From the NCBI GenBank assembly GCA_963825935.1, contig CAWGUN010000013.1, forward strand, positions 948,340 through 1,012,339: 64,000 nt of DNA, in the 5' to 3' direction. Position 1 is the first letter of the stretch. Each line of letters opens with the position of its first letter. The notes under the pieces are model-generated. The model was not told the DNA's origin, searched no databases, and was given only the letters and a program-made list of their open reading frames with translations. Both the position numbers and the translations under genes were made by a program. Of the stretch, positions 59,305 through 64,000 are shown in pieces. This DNA is from an uncultured Bacteroidales bacterium. Lineage in GTDB: Bacteria; Bacteroidota; Bacteroidia; Bacteroidales; VadinHA17.

Positions 59305-61092
59305 ATGGAGAAGATACTTAAAGAGAAGATAAAAGAAGCTGTAAGGATTCTTTATAGTAGCGATGTCGGTGATGATCTGATCCAGATCCAGGAGACAAGA
59401 AAAGAGTTCAGGGGCGATTTCACCCTGGTTGTTTTTCCATTGTTGCGTTTCTCGAAAAATACTCCGGAAAAAACATGTGAGACTATAGGAAATCAGCTTA
59501 TAACTATTTTCCCTGCAATATCGGGTTTCAATGTAATCAAGGGATTTCTGAATCTTGAAATTTCTGATGACTGGTGGATCCGGTTTTTTTATGAAATGGT
59601 TCTGGAAAGCAATCTCCTCAGCAGGTGTAATGTTTCTGATCCCGAGGTGATCCTTGTCGAATTTTCATCTCCTAATACCAACAAACCGCTGCACCTTGGA
59701 CATATCCGCAATAACCTTCTTGGCTTTTCCCTTTACAGGATATTGTCGGCTTGCGGACATAAAGTAATTAAGACAAATATTGTCAACGACCGGGGTATAC
59801 ATATATGCAAGTCAATGCTTGCCTGGCAGAAGCATGGGAATGGAGAAACACCTGAGTCTTCGGGAATGAAAGGTGATCACCTGGTTGGTAAATATTATGT
59901 ACTGTTTGAAAGGGAATATAAGCAGCAGGTCGACGATCTCATACAAAAAGGAGTGGATGCTAATGACGCCAGAAATTCTTCCCCGCTTATTAAAGAAGCC
60001 AGGGAGATGCTCCTGAAGTGGGAAGCCGGTGATAGTGAAGTTATGGAGCTGTGGAAAATGATGAATTCATGGGTATATAAAGGATTTGATGAGACTTACA
60101 GAATGCTGGGTGTTGATTTTGATAAGATATACTATGAGTCCGACACCTACAAAATAGGCCGCGATATTGTGATCACTGCTCTCGAAAAAAATGTTCTTTA
60201 TCGTAATGCTGATACTTCTGTTTGGGCCGACCTCAGTAAGGAAGGACTCGATCAGAAACTTTTGCTTCGTTCCGACGGAACAGCAGTATATATGACCCAG
60301 GACCTTGGTACGGCAGTTCTCCGGCATAATGAATACGGATTCAAAAGATGCATCTATGTCGTTGGAAATGAACAGAATTACCATTTCCAGGTTCTTAAGG
60401 CTGTCCTGAAAAAGATTGGGTATAACTGGTCCGATGGGCTATACCATTTCTCGTATGGCATGGTAGAACTTCCTGAAGGCAAAATGAAATCACGCGAAGG
60501 AACTGTTGTTGATGCAGATGATCTGATAAGTGAGATGAAGGAAACAGCAAAAGAGGTTTCCCTTGAGCTTGGAAAACTTTCAGATTATTCTGAAGAAGAA
60601 AAAGAGGATATCTTCGGTAAGATCGGACTTGGTGCATTGAAATATTTTATTCTTAAGGTTGACCCACGGAAAAATATGACATTCAACCCATCAGAATCAA
60701 TTGATTTCAATGGAAATACGGGACCATTTATCCAGTATACTTATGCAAGAATAAAATCAGTCTTCAGAAAAGGGGAACAGATGAATATTGAATTTGATCC
60801 TTCACTGTTAAAAGACATAAAAGCCGGGGCAAGGGAAATCCAATTAATAAAATTTCTCAGAAGGTTCACTCAAACGGTTTCGGAATCTGCTGCGGCCTTA
60901 AGTCCTGCCCTCCTGGCAAATTACTGTTATGATCTCGCAAAAGAATATAATCAGTTTTATCATGATTTTTCAATTCTCGGTGAACCTGATCCCGGAATTC
61001 GCAATTTCCGCCTGGCAATCTCAAAACTGACAAGCGAAATTCTCAGTTCCGGAATGTGGCTGCTAGGAATTGAAATGCCTGAAAGAATGTAA
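59305..61092 (+). CDS. argS: Arginine--tRNA ligase
   Basis: HIGH-type motif [10 protein letters not shown], a KMKSREG loop, and a C-terminal anticodon-binding domain ending GIEMPERM. Confidence 0.95.
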   Translation: MEKILKEKIKEAVRILYSSDVGDDLIQIQETRKEFRGDFTLVVFPLLRFSKNTPEKTCETIGNQLITIFPAISGFNVIKGFLNLEISDDWWIRFFYEMVLESNLLSRCNVSDPEVILVEFSSPNTNKPLHLGHIRNNLLGFSLYRILSACGHKVIKTNIVNDRGIHICKSMLAWQKHGNGETPESSGMKGDHLVGKYYVLFEREYKQQVDDLIQKGVDANDARNSSPLIKEAREMLLKWEAGDSEVMELWKMMNSWVYKGFDETYRMLGVDFDKIYYESDTYKIGRDIVITALEKNVLYRNADTSVWADLSKEGLDQKLLLRSDGTAVYMTQDLGTAVLRHNEYGFKRCIYVVGNEQNYHFQVLKAVLKKIGYNWSDGLYHFSYGMVELPEGKMKSREGTVVDADDLISEMKETAKEVSLELGKLSDYSEEEKEDIFGKIGLGALKYFILKVDPRKNMTFNPSESIDFNGNTGPFIQYTYARIKSVFRKGEQMNIEFDPSLLKDIKAGAREIQLIKFLRRFTQTVSESAAALSPALLANYCYDLAKEYNQFYHDFSILGEPDPGIRNFRLAISKLTSEILSSGMWLLGIEMPERM

Positions 61093-61123
61093 GAGCGAAT
61101 TAAATTATATACACGATTATTAT

Positions 61124-62443
61124 ATGTTTGAGAATCTGAGTGAACGGCTGGAAAAATCCTTTAAAGTTCTTAAAGGCCAGGGGAGAATATCAGAAATAAA
61201 TGTCGCCGAGACACTTAAAGAGGTTCGCAGGGCTCTGCTGGACGCTGATGTAAACTTTAAGATAGCTAAGCAATTTACCGACACTGTCAAGACCAAGGCA
61301 CTGGGACAGGAAGTGCTCAAGTCGATTAACCCGTCTCAGATGATGGTCAAGATCGTCCATGACGAGCTTGCAGAACTCATGGGCGGCGACAAAACCGAGA
61401 TCAATATAAAGATCAATCCTGCTATTATTCTTATTGCAGGACTCCAGGGGTCAGGTAAAACAACCTTCAGCGGAAAGCTGGCGAAGTGGGTCAAAAGCAA
61501 GCGTGGAAAAAATCCGTTGCTTGTGGCCGGTGACGTTTATCGTCCTGCAGCCATTGAACAGCTTAAAATTATCGGCTCACAGGTAGAAGTTCCTGTTTAT
61601 GTTGAAGAGGGGAGCATGAATCCGGTCCAGATTGCAAGAAATGCTGTCAGAGAAGCGAAGAAGAACGGGAACGACGTGGTAATCATAGATACTGCCGGAC
61701 GCCTTGCAGTCGATGAAGAGATGATGAAAGAAATTTCCTCAATTAAAGAGGCCGTAAACCCGCACGAAATACTCTTTGTAGTTGATTCCATGACAGGCCA
61801 GGATGCAGTCAATACAGCACGTGAATTTAATGAACGACTCGATTTTGACGGAGTGGTGCTGACAAAACTCGACGGGGATACACGCGGTGGAGCAGCCCTT
61901 TCAATAAGGTCAGTTGTAAACAAACCTATAAAGTTTGTGAGCACTGGTGAGAAAATGGATGCGATAGATATTTTCTATCCATTGAGGATGGCCGACAGGA
62001 TCCTTGGAATGGGAGATATCGTTTCTCTTGTAGAAAAGGCCCAGGAACAGTTCGACACCGAAGAAGCAAGAAAGCTTCAGAAGAAGATCGCAAAGGACCA
62101 GTTCGACTTTAATGATTTCATTTCACAGATCCAGCAGATCAAGAAAATGGGCAACGTGAAGGACCTGATGGGAATGATCCCCGGTGTTGGCAAAGCGGTG
62201 AAAGATCTTGATATTGATGATAATGCATTCAAAGGTATTGAAGCTATAATAAGAAGCATGACCCCGGAGGAGAGAACAAATCCAATTGTCCTGAATGGCA
62301 GCAGGCGTAAAAGGATAGCTCTCGGAAGCGGTACAACAGTTCAGGAAGTAAACAAACTGGTAAAGCAGTTTGATGAAACCCGGAAGATGATGAAAATGAT
62401 GACAAAGGGTGGTAATGCCGCCAAGCTTATGGGACGAAGATAA
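61124..62443 (+). CDS. ffh: Signal recognition particle protein Ffh
   Basis: MFENLSERL start, with [20 protein letters not shown] and a Met-rich M domain. Confidence 0.95.
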   Translation: MFENLSERLEKSFKVLKGQGRISEINVAETLKEVRRALLDADVNFKIAKQFTDTVKTKALGQEVLKSINPSQMMVKIVHDELAELMGGDKTEINIKINPAIILIAGLQGSGKTTFSGKLAKWVKSKRGKNPLLVAGDVYRPAAIEQLKIIGSQVEVPVYVEEGSMNPVQIARNAVREAKKNGNDVVIIDTAGRLAVDEEMMKEISSIKEAVNPHEILFVVDSMTGQDAVNTAREFNERLDFDGVVLTKLDGDTRGGAALSIRSVVNKPIKFVSTGEKMDAIDIFYPLRMADRILGMGDIVSLVEKAQEQFDTEEARKLQKKIAKDQFDFNDFISQIQQIKKMGNVKDLMGMIPGVGKAVKDLDIDDNAFKGIEAIIRSMTPEERTNPIVLNGSRRKRIALGSGTTVQEVNKLVKQFDETRKMMKMMTKGGNAAKLMGRR

Positions 62444-62452
62444 CAGAAGAAT

Positions 62453-63319
62453 ATGTATACACTTATCGACGGTAAAAAGATAGCAGCCGAAATCAGGCAC
62501 GAAATTGCTGATGAAGTTCTTAGACGCAGGAACGAAGGAAGGAAAATACCTCATCTTGCAGCTATACTTGTCGGTAATGATTGCTCAAGCCAGACCTATG
62601 TTGCAAATAAAGTGAAAGATTGCAAAGAGGTAGGCTTCAGGTCAACTCTAATAAAATTTGAAGACAATGTTCAGGAATCAGTTCTGCTTGACAAGATAGT
62701 GGAATTGAATAATGATCCGGATATTGACGGTTTCATTGTCCAGCTTCCGTTACCTGATCATATATCTGAGAATAAAGTTATTGAGTCAATCGATCCTTCA
62801 AAGGATGCCGACGGTTTTCACCCTGTGAACCTCGGGAAAATGGTTATTGGACTGCCGGGTTTTCTTCCTGCAACTCCCTATGGAATTGTGGAGCTGATTA
62901 AAAGATACAGAATTGAAACATCGGGAAAGAGTTGTGTGGTAATCGGCCGGAGCAATATCGTTGGAAGACCCGTAAGCATCCTGTTATCGCAGAAAGGAAT
63001 AGATGCAACAGTTACTGTCGTTCACAGCCGTACAAAAAACATCAGGGAAATTTGCCGGGAGGCAGATATCATAATTGCAGCATTAGGGTCGCCTGCTTTC
63101 GTGAAGGCTGATATGATAAAACCGGGAGCAGTAGTATTTGATGTCGGAACTACCCGCATTACCTCTGCTGAAACCAAATCAGGATTCAAGCTTGTGGGAG
63201 ACGTTGATTTTGATAGTGTGGCTCCACTGTGTTCATTTATAACACCTGTACCAGGCGGTGTCGGCCCTATGACAAGAGTATCATTGCTGAGAAATACTCT
63301 GGATGCTGCAAAGAAATAA
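62453..63319 (+). CDS. folD: Bifunctional methylenetetrahydrofolate dehydrogenase/cyclohydrolase
   Basis: [34 protein letters not shown] and [11 protein letters not shown]. Confidence 0.95.
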   Translation: MYTLIDGKKIAAEIRHEIADEVLRRRNEGRKIPHLAAILVGNDCSSQTYVANKVKDCKEVGFRSTLIKFEDNVQESVLLDKIVELNNDPDIDGFIVQLPLPDHISENKVIESIDPSKDADGFHPVNLGKMVIGLPGFLPATPYGIVELIKRYRIETSGKSCVVIGRSNIVGRPVSILLSQKGIDATVTVVHSRTKNIREICREADIIIAALGSPAFVKADMIKPGAVVFDVGTTRITSAETKSGFKLVGDVDFDSVAPLCSFITPVPGGVGPMTRVSLLRNTLDAAKK

Positions 63320-63352
63320 TTTAGAGCAAAGATGTCGGGATACCGGCAGTTA

Positions 63353-64000
63353 TTATTTTATTTTGATTCCCCTGAAGTAAAGATCATATCCACCTTTCCC
63401 TCCGGGTCTGTCGGAAGAGAATATTAAAAAATTATTGGTGAAATTATCTGCGGCTCCAATCACCGGCCGGTATTCATTAGATGGTGTATTAATATCGGGC
63501 CCGAAATTTACCGGAGAACTCCATTTTCCTTTTCTGAAGACAGAATAATAAAGATCGTAACCCCCAATACCGCCTGAACAGTCAGAAGCAAATACCATTA
63601 TTTTCTTATAGACAAAAGGGAATCTGTCGTTGCCTGTGGTGTTTATGCTGTCGGCTTTTGCTGCGGCAGAATATGTTCCACTGAGCCATGTATCAATAGA
63701 CATTCCGGAAGGTCGTTTCTTTACATATATATCAAAATCGCCACCATTGTTTGATGAGAAATATGCTGAATCCTGATTGAGATTAAAACTGATATAAGCA
63801 TCGTCTGATCCGGTATTCAGCAGGTTGGCAGGGTAGGGACCTAGTACGTCAGGCAGTGCAATGCTTAATTTCGGACGATTCTTAAGGTAAAAAAGGTCAA
63901 GATTGCCGCTGGTGTTCCTTGAAGTAAGCAGCAGGTAATCATAGCCATCGACGGGACTGAAAAGTCGGTATGGACCAAAATCGTCTCCGGTTGTATTTGC
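63353..64000 (-). CDS. PD40 (TolB-like beta-propeller) repeat protein, C-terminal part (5' end lies outside the window)
   Basis: Repeated FSSDR.GG.GGYDLY units. The frame remains open upstream of the first Met (63703) to the window edge. Confidence 0.65.
   Translation of the reverse strand, partial: ANTTGDDFGPYRLFSPVDGYDYLLLTSRNTSGNLDLFYLKNRPKLSIALPDVLGPYPANLLNTGSDDAYISFNLNQDSAYFSSNNGGDFDIYVKKRPSGMSIDTWLSGTYSAAAKADSINTTGNDRFPFVYKKIMVFASDCSGGIGGYDLYYSVFRKGKWSSPVNFGPDINTPSNEYRPVIGAADNFTNNFLIFSSDRPGGKGGYDLYFRGIKIK

Overview
This window looks like core chromosome from a Bacteroidota (Bacteroidia-like) genome. The evidence is a SusD/RagB gene, a T9SS C-terminal sorting domain, an LptD/OstA-type protein, and TAnnTTTG -7 promoter boxes upstream of several genes. 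I can support about 50 protein-coding genes, mostly housekeeping: dnaA, recF, dnaX, ligA, secA, ffh, argS, folD, dapA, ribH, ndk, mnmA, rpsF-rpsR-rplI, an AddA/AddB-like helicase-nuclease pair and trkH. There is also a carboxy(nor)spermidine dehydrogenase/decarboxylase pair. I see no rRNA, tRNA, CRISPR array, transposase, integrase or recognisable defence or toxin-antitoxin genes.

The items most worth a second look are:
1. A minus-strand operon (53422-58984) in which an AmmeMemoRadiSam triad (a Memo-AMMECR1 fusion plus a radical SAM enzyme) encloses a roughly 800-aa polytopic spermidine-synthase-like membrane protein and is preceded by a DUF1987 gene.
2. A SusD-linked peptidoglycan-fragment salvage cluster (1-6368).
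3. A dispersed family of period-8 tandem repeats at gene boundaries. Two of these arrays end 6-7 nt before start codons.
4. GC-rich nested palindromic (REP-like) elements in intergenic gaps.
5. An A10 run containing A_AAA_AAG inside dnaX, with immediate stops in both alternative frames.
6. Three clear +1 reading-frame breaks and one possible one, plus one gene without a canonical start codon. These may be assembly indels or real gene decay.

All functional calls come from motif recognition by eye. No database search was run.
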